A stretch of DNA of 61,859 nt, the filler included, from an uncultured bacterium (GTDB lineage Bacteria; CAYSBA01): assembly GCA_964429075.1 (NCBI GenBank). It is 6 parts of 6 records of this genome, joined end to end, with 100 filler letters (N's around TTAATTAATTAA, not from the genome) between each part and the next. Parts side by side here need not be neighbours in the genome. Positions count along the whole stretch, not along the records: positions 10,452 to 20,789 come from CAYSBA010000019.1; 5 more parts are not named here. The stretch is one strand, 5' to 3'. The position numbers were made by a program, and so were the translations under genes. The notes under the pieces were generated by a model. The model worked only from the letters and a program-made list of their open reading frames with translations. It was not told where the DNA came from and ran no database searches. Below, one piece after another: positions 10,352-18,284 of this stretch (positions are counted from its first letter, which is position 1; every line of letters starts with the position of its first letter).

Positions 10352-10451
10352 NNNNNNNNNNNNNNNNNNNNNNNNNNNNNNNNNNNNNNNNNNNNTTAAT
10401 TAATTAANNNNNNNNNNNNNNNNNNNNNNNNNNNNNNNNNNNNNNNNNNNN
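10352..10451. other. Artificial contig linker
   Basis: N run, TTAATTAATTAA (stops in all six frames), N run. Confidence 0.99.
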
Positions 10452-10552
10452 ATCTAAGACCTCTCCCCAGGTCCAGAAAATAGTATTCTTTAACTTTGTA
10501 ATTTATTAAAAGTTGTTGTAGAAATATTGAATTATAAATTATGGAGGAACAT

Positions 10553-11140
10553 ATGGAAAAGACACTAAAAAACCTTGCCAAGGCATTTATTGGTGAGAGC
10601 ATGGCAAGAAATCGTTATACCTTCTACGCAAAGATTGCAGAAAAAGAGGGTTATCATCAGATTAAAGAGATATTTCTGATTACTGCTGACAATGAAAGGG
10701 AACACGCAAAGTGGTTGTTCAGGATGATAGACAACGTGGCCAAAAAGATAGATGCAAATGTAAGTGAAATACTTGTAGAGACCTGCCCTGTCCCAGCTGG
10801 ACTTGGCACTACAGAAGAAAACCTTAAGGCAGCAATTGCGGGTGAGCACTACGAGAATACAAAGATGTATCCTGAGTTTGCCGATGTTGCAGAATCAGAG
10901 GGTCTTTCTGAAGTGGCAGAGAGGCTAAGGGCCATTGCTGTTGCAGAGAAGCACCACGAACAGAGGTATCAAAATCTACTTAATAATCTTAAAAATGATA
11001 CAATCTATACCAAGACTACTAATGTCAAATGGGTATGCAGTAAATGTGGATATGTCCATGAGGGTACTGAGCCACCAGATGTATGTCCTTCCTGTGGTCA
11101 TCCCCTGCAGTATTTCCATCTTATGTGCGAAGAGTATTAG
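10553..11140 (+). CDS. rbr: Rubrerythrin
   Basis: [24 protein letters not shown] di-iron motifs and C-terminal CSKCG...CPSC rubredoxin domain. GGAGG at 10543-10547 supports ATG 10553. Confidence 0.95.
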   Translation: MEKTLKNLAKAFIGESMARNRYTFYAKIAEKEGYHQIKEIFLITADNEREHAKWLFRMIDNVAKKIDANVSEILVETCPVPAGLGTTEENLKAAIAGEHYENTKMYPEFADVAESEGLSEVAERLRAIAVAEKHHEQRYQNLLNNLKNDTIYTKTTNVKWVCSKCGYVHEGTEPPDVCPSCGHPLQYFHLMCEEY

Positions 11141-11143
11141 ACC

Positions 11144-12370
11144 TTAAAGACTAAAGACAAGGGGATAGACCTTCAATATCTCATCTGACCTGATTTCTGT
11201 CTTTTCTCTTGGTATTCGAATCAGACAGTTTGCATTATGGAGTGATAGCAGTACATTGGATGATTGATTACCCGATGGTTTGGTGAGGTTTTTACCATCC
11301 TTTGAATAGATTCTTCCTCGCAAAAGGTGATCTCTGTCGTTTTCCTTCTTATAGTTAAAGTCTGAATATGCAAAGAGACATTGAGGGAGATAGTCAGATC
11401 TACCCATATAGATCCTTATTGCACTAAATACATGGAGGTAGAGATTTACAACAGAAGAGGCAGGATTTCCTGGCAGACCAAAAGCTATCTTTGAGTCTTT
11501 ACGTTTTGCAAACAATAGAGGCTTACCCGGTTTCTGGCTTACCCCGTGGATGATTGTTTGAAAACCAAGATCCTCAAGTACCCTTCTTGTAAAATCTTTG
11601 TCACCAACAGAGACACCTCCTGTCATGATCAGAAAATCTACTTTATCAATTAGATCACTGATCTTTTTTTTCATCAAATCTTCGTTGTCCGTCACACTAT
11701 CAGATAGGTATGGTACCCCTGCATTTGACAATATACTTTCAAGTACTATCCTGTTTGAGTTAAATATCTTTGAACCAACCAGCCTATCAGGATCATCTTC
11801 AATCTCACTGCCGGTTGTTAAAAGTCCTATTGTTGGTACATCTCTTACCTTTATTCTCTTGATTCCACATGAATACATAAGCCCTGCGATTGCAGGTGTG
11901 ATTGTATCACCCTTTTTTAACAGGATATCACCCTCTTTTACCTCACTTCCCTTTTGTCTTATATTTACGCCCTTTTTTATGATCTTTTTTATTTCAATGT
12001 GGTCTCCATTTTCTAATACATCTTCTCTCTTTATAACCGCATCTGTCTGAGGTGGCACCATTGCACCTGTCATTATGCCATAGCACTTCCCATTTTCTAC
12101 TGGAGAAAGGGAATTATCCCCTGCGTATATGATACCTTCTACCTTGATTTTATTCCCTACGAAGCAATCTTCTAACTTTATGGCGTAGCCATCCATTGCT
12201 GAGTTGTCAAAAGGAGGAGAAGGATACCTTGCACATACATCTTCTGCAGAGCATAGATTGACTGCATCATTTACCTCTTTTTCAAGTACATCTCCCTGAG
12301 GGATATGTTCTTTCAGAAGTTCCCACGTATTTTCTATGGTGATAAGATTATCAAAGCGTTTTATGTTCAT
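11144..12370 (-). CDS. moeA: Molybdopterin molybdotransferase MoeA
   Basis: PPFDNSAMDGYA, IMTGA, TGGVSVGDKD, KPGKP and GLPGNP motifs. Alternative GTG start at 12382. Confidence 0.95.
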   Translation of the reverse strand: MNIKRFDNLITIENTWELLKEHIPQGDVLEKEVNDAVNLCSAEDVCARYPSPPFDNSAMDGYAIKLEDCFVGNKIKVEGIIYAGDNSLSPVENGKCYGIMTGAMVPPQTDAVIKREDVLENGDHIEIKKIIKKGVNIRQKGSEVKEGDILLKKGDTITPAIAGLMYSCGIKRIKVRDVPTIGLLTTGSEIEDDPDRLVGSKIFNSNRIVLESILSNAGVPYLSDSVTDNEDLMKKKISDLIDKVDFLIMTGGVSVGDKDFTRRVLEDLGFQTIIHGVSQKPGKPLLFAKRKDSKIAFGLPGNPASSVVNLYLHVFSAIRIYMGRSDYLPQCLFAYSDFNYKKENDRDHLLRGRIYSKDGKNLTKPSGNQSSNVLLSLHNANCLIRIPREKTEIRSDEILKVYPLVFSL

Positions 12371-13283
12371 GACCCTCTCCACGCATCATCCTCAAAAGAT
12401 GAATGGTCAATGGTAATATACTATCTTTTGCATCCCTGCATGCACCAAGAGAGCCCGGTATGGAGACAATCAGACTATTCTTTTTAATACCACAAAGAGA
12501 GGAGGAGAGTGATGCCCTAGGATTTCTTTCTGAGCCGTAGTGTCGATAGAATTGCATAAGACCATCTATAGATCTGTCAATTATTTTCCTTACAACCTCT
12601 GTTGTGTTGTCTCTTGGGCCTGCCCCTGTACCACCTGTTGTTATAATAAGATCAACCGAGTTTTCAACCCAGCTAAGGATTTTTGTCTTAATCATCTTTT
12701 CATCATCACTTACCACTGCATAATCCACTTCGCCAAACCCAAACATCTCTAAAGAATCTTTTAGAAATATCCCTGATTTATCTTTATTCTTTCCTGAATA
12801 TACACTATCTGATACTACAAGAACAGCAGCCTTAAAGTCCTTAGCATATGCAAGCTCTTCTTGAAGAAAGTCACTTTTGCCACCCTTTTTATAGTCTAAT
12901 TTAGCCTCTTTAATCACTACCTCATAACCTGCGGGCTTTAACATATCGTAGATATTGAGGGCAGCAATAGTTGCAGCAACAAGTGCCTCCATCTCCACAC
13001 CGGTTCTATCAACAGCAGTAACCTGTGCAAATATATCTATTATATTATCATAGGTTTTATATTCTATTTTAATGTGGTCTATCTTTACCGGATGACAGAA
13101 TGGTAGAAAATCGTGTGTTTTTTTTGCACCAAGCATTGCAGCGATTCTGCTTGCTTCAAAGATATTGCCCTTTTCTGTATTACCTGTGCTCAGCAGCTCT
13201 TTTACCTCGCCACCAAGGATCTCAACTCTGCAAGATGCCCTTGCAATCCTGAGGCTCCAGAATTTTTTTGATACATCTCTCAT
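12351..13283 (-). CDS. moaCB: Bifunctional MoaC/MoaB molybdenum cofactor biosynthesis protein
   Basis: MoaC motifs (MRDVSKK, LPFCHP, TGVEMEAL, IYDMLK) fused to MoaB/Mog motifs (VVSD, DKSG, ITTGGTGAGPRD, PGS). Confidence 0.92.
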   Translation of the reverse strand: MRDVSKKFWSLRIARASCRVEILGGEVKELLSTGNTEKGNIFEASRIAAMLGAKKTHDFLPFCHPVKIDHIKIEYKTYDNIIDIFAQVTAVDRTGVEMEALVAATIAALNIYDMLKPAGYEVVIKEAKLDYKKGGKSDFLQEELAYAKDFKAAVLVVSDSVYSGKNKDKSGIFLKDSLEMFGFGEVDYAVVSDDEKMIKTKILSWVENSVDLIITTGGTGAGPRDNTTEVVRKIIDRSIDGLMQFYRHYGSERNPRASLSSSLCGIKKNSLIVSIPGSLGACRDAKDSILPLTIHLLRMMRGEGHEHKTL

Positions 13284-13705
13284 AAAAGCTCCTCAATTAT
13301 ATGTCCTTCTACCCATTTTGAACCGTCTGTAAAAATCTCTTTTTTCCAGATAGGAACTGAGTGTTTGATAGACTCCACAATGAATCGCAAACATTCAAAT
13401 CCACCAGCTCTGTGAACAGAGCTAACCCCACAAAAAAGTGATATCTCTTCAGGAAATACCCTGCCGAGCCTGTGATAAATGACTACATCAGTAACATCCT
13501 TATTGCTTTTTGCCTTTTTTTCTATCTCATTCAACACTCTCCCGGCCATCTCTACATAGGCCTCATATTCAAGATAGAGGACATCTTTGCCCAGGTTTGG
13601 CGATCTTACAATTCCATAGAAAGTTAAGATAGCACCACATGCTTTTTTGTTTAGCTTTTTTAGAAGCTCATCAGTGTTTATCTTTTTGTCAGAAAGAATA
13701 ACCAA
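13280..13705 (-). CDS. moaE: Molybdopterin synthase catalytic subunit MoaE
   Basis: GAILTFYGIVR, LEYEAY, HRLG and VPIWKKE motifs. The likely start is TTG at 13705, after a GGAGG formed by the moaD Gly-Gly codons. Confidence 0.93.
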   Translation of the reverse strand: MVILSDKKINTDELLKKLNKKACGAILTFYGIVRSPNLGKDVLYLEYEAYVEMAGRVLNEIEKKAKSNKDVTDVVIYHRLGRVFPEEISLFCGVSSVHRAGGFECLRFIVESIKHSVPIWKKEIFTDGSKWVEGHIIEELL

Positions 13706-13706
13706 T

Positions 13707-13952
13707 TCAACCTCCTGATATTGGTGGTAGAATTGCAATCTCTTCTGTGGAATTAATCGTGTCACTATCATTTACAAGTCTCTGAGATTGTGCAATGCGA
13801 CATCTATCTAATATAGCTGCAATCTGTGGCCTTCTGGCCAGAAGGTGCCTTTTCAATTCACCAAATGTAATACCTTTGTCTATTTCCAGAAATTCCTCAG
13901 AGAGACCGGCCACATCCTTTATACCTGCAAAATATCTTATCTTTACCTTCAT
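13707..13952 (-). CDS. moaD: Molybdopterin synthase sulfur carrier MoaD
   Basis: MKVKIRYFA...EIAILPPISGG with C-terminal GG. Confidence 0.95.
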   Translation of the reverse strand: MKVKIRYFAGIKDVAGLSEEFLEIDKGITFGELKRHLLARRPQIAAILDRCRIAQSQRLVNDSDTINSTEEIAILPPISGG

Positions 13953-13953
13953 A

Positions 13954-14925
13954 TTAACCCCCTATGCTGATAAGACCCCTAATGACATTATCATTAAAAT
14001 CTTTTTTGTTTCTAACATAATAGTTACCCATCTTTGGTTTTCTATTGATTGCACAGAGTATTGCGCTCTTTATTCCATCTTCAAAGCTAACTCCCCTTTT
14101 GCTGTAAAGACATGGATAGATGTGTAAATCAGCTGAGAATCTTATTTTATTACAATTAAGACATTTCTGGGGATTTTTTTCTGGTATAAACCCTACTTTT
14201 ATATCCATCCCAGGAACCTTAAAGGTTATAGCTGTCCCGAAATGACCAATCTCAACTGCATTATATTCTAACTTTAAGCGTTCAATAAGATCTTTACACG
14301 ATCTTTTTATCATACTGTATCGTTCTGGCAAAAAGGTTCGCATTATCTCTATAAATCTTATCTGATCAACAACTCCATCGAAGATATGTATCATCTTTAT
14401 ATAACTATCGATAGGAATGATGCTAAGAAGAACGACGTTCAGTTTCAATCGTATGCCAAGAGACCGTGCAACAAAAAGGCCATTTAAGACCTTATCTAAA
14501 GAATCGCTCGAGGTAATCATCCTGTATTTTATAGGAAAGATAGTATCGAGACTTAAATTAATCCTGTCTATCCCTGCATCTCTTAATTCTTTTGCCCTCT
14601 TTGAAAGTAGTATACCATTTGTAGTTAAGGTTATATCACTAAAACCGCTTTTTTTGGCTACCTCTATAAGGCAGGGCAGGTCTTTTCTCAAAAGAGGTTC
14701 ACCACCTGTAAAACGCACCTTTCTAAAACCAAGATCTTTTGAAATCCTTAGAATATCTGAAAGTAGCTCAAAATCTGGATCTTTTTGTGAATTGTTGCTA
14801 AAACAGTTTCCAGAAGGGTTACAATAGATACACCTTAAATTACAACGGGAAGTTACAGACAATCTGAGATAATCAACCCTCCTGCCGAATGAATCTCTTA
14901 GGATAGTCTGTTTTGAATCTTCCAT
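13954..14925 (-). CDS. moaA: GTP 3',8-cyclase MoaA
   Basis: DSFGR..YLRLSVT.RCNLRCIYC radical SAM motif, TGGEPL, CLNCNKIR...PCL and C-terminal IGG. Confidence 0.95.
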   Translation of the reverse strand: MEDSKQTILRDSFGRRVDYLRLSVTSRCNLRCIYCNPSGNCFSNNSQKDPDFELLSDILRISKDLGFRKVRFTGGEPLLRKDLPCLIEVAKKSGFSDITLTTNGILLSKRAKELRDAGIDRINLSLDTIFPIKYRMITSSDSLDKVLNGLFVARSLGIRLKLNVVLLSIIPIDSYIKMIHIFDGVVDQIRFIEIMRTFLPERYSMIKRSCKDLIERLKLEYNAVEIGHFGTAITFKVPGMDIKVGFIPEKNPQKCLNCNKIRFSADLHIYPCLYSKRGVSFEDGIKSAILCAINRKPKMGNYYVRNKKDFNDNVIRGLISIGG

Positions 14926-14929
14926 TTTT

Positions 14930-15026
14930 CACTCCTTTCCAAGCACGGGAGGCAGAGCCGTTTCCAGCTCGACCCTATCGGGTGGATTCCATAGACCTCA
15001 GTCCGTAGGTAACCCACCTCGGAGTG
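14930..15026 (-). ncRNA. Moco RNA motif (Moco/Tuco riboswitch candidate)
   Basis: Minus strand reads CACTCCGAG...ACCTA...TATGG...AGGGT.GAGCTGGAAACGGCTC.TGCCTCCCGT...GGAAAGGAGTG. P1 (CACTCC/GGAGTG) sequesters the moaA SD, 4 nt before the ATG. Confidence 0.88.
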
Positions 15027-15036
15027 CTTACTGCTC

Positions 15037-15065
15037 TTTTTAAATACTTATTGTTCAGTTGTCAA
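15037..15065 (-). promoter_or_regulatory. Putative sigma70 promoter of the moa operon
   Basis: TTGACA (15065-15060), 17 nt, TAAAAA; the predicted TSS falls just 5' of riboswitch P1. Confidence 0.5.
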
Positions 15066-15186
15066 GGCAAAAAGAGGTTGTCTTATTTCAGGTCGTTGAA
15101 ACAAAAGATTAAGAAAAGAAAACAATTTATGAATAAATGATAATCTCAAATCCTGTTCCTCCTCTCATTACCCCAAGAAGTGTAAC

Positions 15187-15215
15187 TTGACAATAGATAT
15201 TCGGATGATTATTTT
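15187..15215 (+). promoter_or_regulatory. Putative sigma70 promoter of ahpC
   Basis: TTGACA (15187-15192), 17 nt, TATTTT (15210-15215). Confidence 0.6.
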
Positions 15216-15223
15216 ACTGTAAA

Positions 15224-15238
15224 TTATAATCAATATAA
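15224..15238. promoter_or_regulatory. PerR-box-like operator
   Basis: TTATAATCAATATAA matches the Bacillus Per box TTATAATnATTATAA at 13 of 14 positions and lies between the predicted TSS and the ahpC SD. Confidence 0.65.
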
Positions 15239-15262
15239 ATTAACCCAAGTAAGGAGGTAACT

Positions 15263-15865
15263 ATGGAAGAGACAAAGGTACTTAAACTTGGTGACAGGGT
15301 TCCAGATTTTGAGATGGATGTCTATCTCCCAGATAAGAAGGATTTCGGGAAGATTAAATTCTCAGAGGTATGGAATCAGGGCAAATGGCTTATCCTGTTT
15401 TTCTATCCGGCCGATTACACATTTGTATGTCCAACAGAGTTGAGTGACCTTGCACGTGTCTATGAAGAGCTCAAAAATGAGGGCGCAGAGGTGGTATCGG
15501 TCAGTACTGATACACAATTTGTCCATATGGCATGGCAGAGGGATGAAAAACTGCTTGAGAATGTGAGTTTCCCCATGGCTGCTGATCCAACATGGAAGGT
15601 AGCAAAGACATTTGGTGTCCTGGATGAAAATTCAGGTCTTGCTTTGAGAGGCACATTTATTATCAATCCAGATGGTGAATTGATGGGAAGTGAGGTAAAC
15701 TTTTATCCAGTTGGCAGAAATGCTGACGAACTTGTAAGAAAGTTTAAGGCATACAAATACATAAGCCAGCATCCAAATGAGGCATGTCCTGCAAAGTGGC
15801 AGCCTGGTGAAAAGACACTCAAACCTGGTAAAGACTTGGTAGGCAGGGTTGCAGAAAATCTTTAA
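15263..15865 (+). CDS. ahpC: 2-Cys peroxiredoxin (AhpC/TSA)
   Basis: FFYPADYTFVCPTE and resolving ACPAKW motifs; strong SD AAGGAGGT. Confidence 0.95.
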   Translation: MEETKVLKLGDRVPDFEMDVYLPDKKDFGKIKFSEVWNQGKWLILFFYPADYTFVCPTELSDLARVYEELKNEGAEVVSVSTDTQFVHMAWQRDEKLLENVSFPMAADPTWKVAKTFGVLDENSGLALRGTFIINPDGELMGSEVNFYPVGRNADELVRKFKAYKYISQHPNEACPAKWQPGEKTLKPGKDLVGRVAENL

Positions 15866-16434
15866 CCCTTGTTTGCTGAGTCTTTTTCAAATGGGATTGT
15901 TAGATTATCAGGAGGGGGAGTTATCTCTCCCTCCTTCAGCCTTTCATACAGCTTCAATATGTGATCGATTTTGTCTGATCTTTTAAACTCTTCAAGGCTT
16001 GCATCAAGAATTGAAAAAAATTCTTGAATTCTTGATCGAATTTCAATAAAAAGCCTGTCTCTTATGATCTTTAATTCTTCTATCTGATTTATTAATGTAC
16101 TTAGCCTATCTTTTATTGATTGTTCATATCGCTCTGCCCTTGACATTGCATCTGCTATTATCAATTCTGCCTCTTTTCTTGCATTTTTTTTGATATCCTC
16201 TTCAATCTTCTTTGTCTGGTGGATAACCTCCATAAGAGTCTTTTCATGCTGCTGGATCTTTTTGACCCTGTTTTCAAGGTCATTTATCCTTTCACTCATC
16301 TCGTTCTTCTCTATAATCAGCTCTTCAAATTGATTTGAGAGAAGGTCAAGGAAATCATAAACCCCTTCCGGATCAAGTCCAAAAAATCTTTTTCTAAATC
16401 TCTGCCTCCTGATATCAATTGGTGTTAATTTCAT
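15862..16434 (-). CDS. divIVA: DivIVA domain protein
   Basis: MKLTPIDIRRQRF...GLDPEGVYDFL followed by coiled coil; yggS-proC context. Confidence 0.88.
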   Translation of the reverse strand: MKLTPIDIRRQRFRKRFFGLDPEGVYDFLDLLSNQFEELIIEKNEMSERINDLENRVKKIQQHEKTLMEVIHQTKKIEEDIKKNARKEAELIIADAMSRAERYEQSIKDRLSTLINQIEELKIIRDRLFIEIRSRIQEFFSILDASLEEFKRSDKIDHILKLYERLKEGEITPPPDNLTIPFEKDSANKG

Positions 16435-17273
16435 CTTTTCCTCCCTACCTCTTCTTTTAGCTCTTTTGACCTTCTTGCTGCACTATCTACAGCAGTAGCA
16501 ACAGTATATCTAAATCTCAGTTCTTCTAATTTATAGATTCCTTCTGCAGTTGTACCTGCTGGGGTCATAACAAGGTCCTTTAATTCTGCAAAGCTCAATC
16601 CAGTCTTTTCAGCAATTACTCCTGCACCGATTACGGTGTTTATTGCCAGAATCTTTGCCTTCTGTCTGCTCAAACCAAGTCTAACTCCGGCATCTGCAAG
16701 GGCCTCCATCATAACAAAAATAAAGGCCGGACCGGTACCTGAAAGGCCAGTTACAGCATCAATCAGATCCTCCGACTCAACCTCTACACATACCCCTCTT
16801 GATGCAAAGATGTCGATTATTTTTTGCTTTTCTGCCTTTTTAAATCCACTATCAAAAAATATGCCTGTGGTTCCCTCACCTACAGATATGGGTAGATTGG
16901 GCATGGCCCTTGCAATCTTTACAGAATTTGTATCGATTATTTCTCTGATAGCACTAATGGGATAGCCTGCAACAACAGAAACAAGAAACATGTCCTTTTT
17001 AAAAGACTCTTTTGTTTCCCTCAATACCCCATCAACATCCCTCGGTTTTACACACAAAAAGGTGATATCAGAGTTTGACACTACCTCTCTGTTGCTTCTG
17101 GCTATACTTACGCCAAGGTCTTTTTTTAGTTTCTTCAGCTGATCGATATCTCTCCTGTAGCATATTACATCAGCAGGCCTGACCAGATCTGTATCTAACA
17201 CACCCAAAAGAATCGATAGGCCGATGTTTCCTGTCCCAATAATTCCAATCTTCAATTTAATACCTCTTTCCAA
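16431..17273 (-). CDS. proC: Pyrroline-5-carboxylate reductase
   Basis: IGIIGTGNIG, RAMPN, TGLSGTGPAF and TPAGTT motifs. Confidence 0.95.
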   Translation of the reverse strand: MERGIKLKIGIIGTGNIGLSILLGVLDTDLVRPADVICYRRDIDQLKKLKKDLGVSIARSNREVVSNSDITFLCVKPRDVDGVLRETKESFKKDMFLVSVVAGYPISAIREIIDTNSVKIARAMPNLPISVGEGTTGIFFDSGFKKAEKQKIIDIFASRGVCVEVESEDLIDAVTGLSGTGPAFIFVMMEALADAGVRLGLSRQKAKILAINTVIGAGVIAEKTGLSFAELKDLVMTPAGTTAEGIYKLEELRFRYTVATAVDSAARRSKELKEEVGRKR

Positions 17274-17928
17274 AGATTAGTGTTCCAATTCTTACGATTG
17301 TTGCACCCTCTCTTATTGCAATCTCAAAATCCTGAGATGTGCCCATGGAGAGTTCTGTCAACTCCTTTCTATAGATACTATTTTTATTTATCTCATCAAG
17401 CAACCTCTTCATTTTTCTAAAATATTGTGCATTCTTTTCCGGGTCCTCAACAAGAGGCGGCATACACATAAGACCAACAACATCTATTCTATCATAACTT
17501 TTGAGCTTTTCCAGAAAAGGGAAAAGTTTATCCAAAGATATACCACTCTTTGTTGGTTCGGATGCGATGTTTACCTGTACAAGTGCCTTTATCTTGGTAT
17601 CGGCTTTTTCTGCTCGTTTTGAAATTTCATCAGCCAGCTCAATCCTGTCGAGGGTGTGTAGCATATAGCATGTATCAATGATATATTTTACCTTGTTCCT
17701 CTGTAATGGCCCGATTATATGCCATCTTATGTCATCTGGCAGAGCAACTTGCTTTTTACGCCACTCAGATATGTAGTTTTCACCAAAGTCTCTGTGACCA
17801 TTGTTATATACGCTGAGGATATCTTCTACAGACTTTTTTTTGGATACTGCAACTATTGTTACATCTTCATTATGCCTCCCTGCTTTTAGGAGTGCATTAT
17901 GTACAATCTCTTTTATTCTATCTATCAT
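17257..17928 (-). CDS. yggS: PLP homeostasis protein YggS
   Basis: VAVSK, FGENY, WHIIGPLQRNK, GLMCM, LSMGTS and VRIGT motifs. Confidence 0.96.
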   Translation of the reverse strand: MIDRIKEIVHNALLKAGRHNEDVTIVAVSKKKSVEDILSVYNNGHRDFGENYISEWRKKQVALPDDIRWHIIGPLQRNKVKYIIDTCYMLHTLDRIELADEISKRAEKADTKIKALVQVNIASEPTKSGISLDKLFPFLEKLKSYDRIDVVGLMCMPPLVEDPEKNAQYFRKMKRLLDEINKNSIYRKELTELSMGTSQDFEIAIREGATIVRIGTLIFGKRY

Positions 17929-18284
17929 CGATCCCTTCTTTCGAGTATCGACTCTGCAAGATCACAGAGTAGCCCGATAGAACGATTATCAAGACCTTTT
18001 GTTAGCCAGTATAGCCTTGCAATTAAAATCTCTTCTTCTGGTAGATCTCTTCTGTCATAAAGAAATAGCTCGAAGATATCAACACAAAGAGCATCTGCCA
18101 GCCTTGTTAATAACACGATAGATGGCATCATCTTAGATGTCTCAAGCTTGCAGATTGTAGAAAGACTTACGCCGGAAATCTTCGATAATTCACTTCTCTT
18201 AAGGGACCTTAATTCCCTACATCGTCTCAGGGCATGTGCAATTGCAGAGGCTATCTTTTCTTTTTCAGTATCTTGAGAAACCAC
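17925..18284 (-). CDS. XRE-family HTH transcriptional regulator
   Basis: LRRCRELRSLKRSELSKISGVSLSTICKLE...PSI..L.RLADAL; overlaps both neighbours. Confidence 0.85.
   Translation of the reverse strand: MVSQDTEKEKIASAIAHALRRCRELRSLKRSELSKISGVSLSTICKLETSKMMPSIVLLTRLADALCVDIFELFLYDRRDLPEEEILIARLYWLTKGLDNRSIGLLCDLAESILERRDR

Noticed and set aside
10490..10540. PerR/Fur box upstream of rubrerythrin
   Set aside because: Only half-site matches (e.g. ATTATAA) in very AT-rich sequence; too weak.
13706..13771. Long moaE N-terminus overlapping moaD (ORF-track start 13771)
   Set aside because: TTG at 13705 with GGAGG gives a normal-length MoaE.
15125..15150. Fur-like AATGATAATC between moaA and ahpC
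   Set aside because: Only half of the Fur box matches and there is no dyad symmetry.
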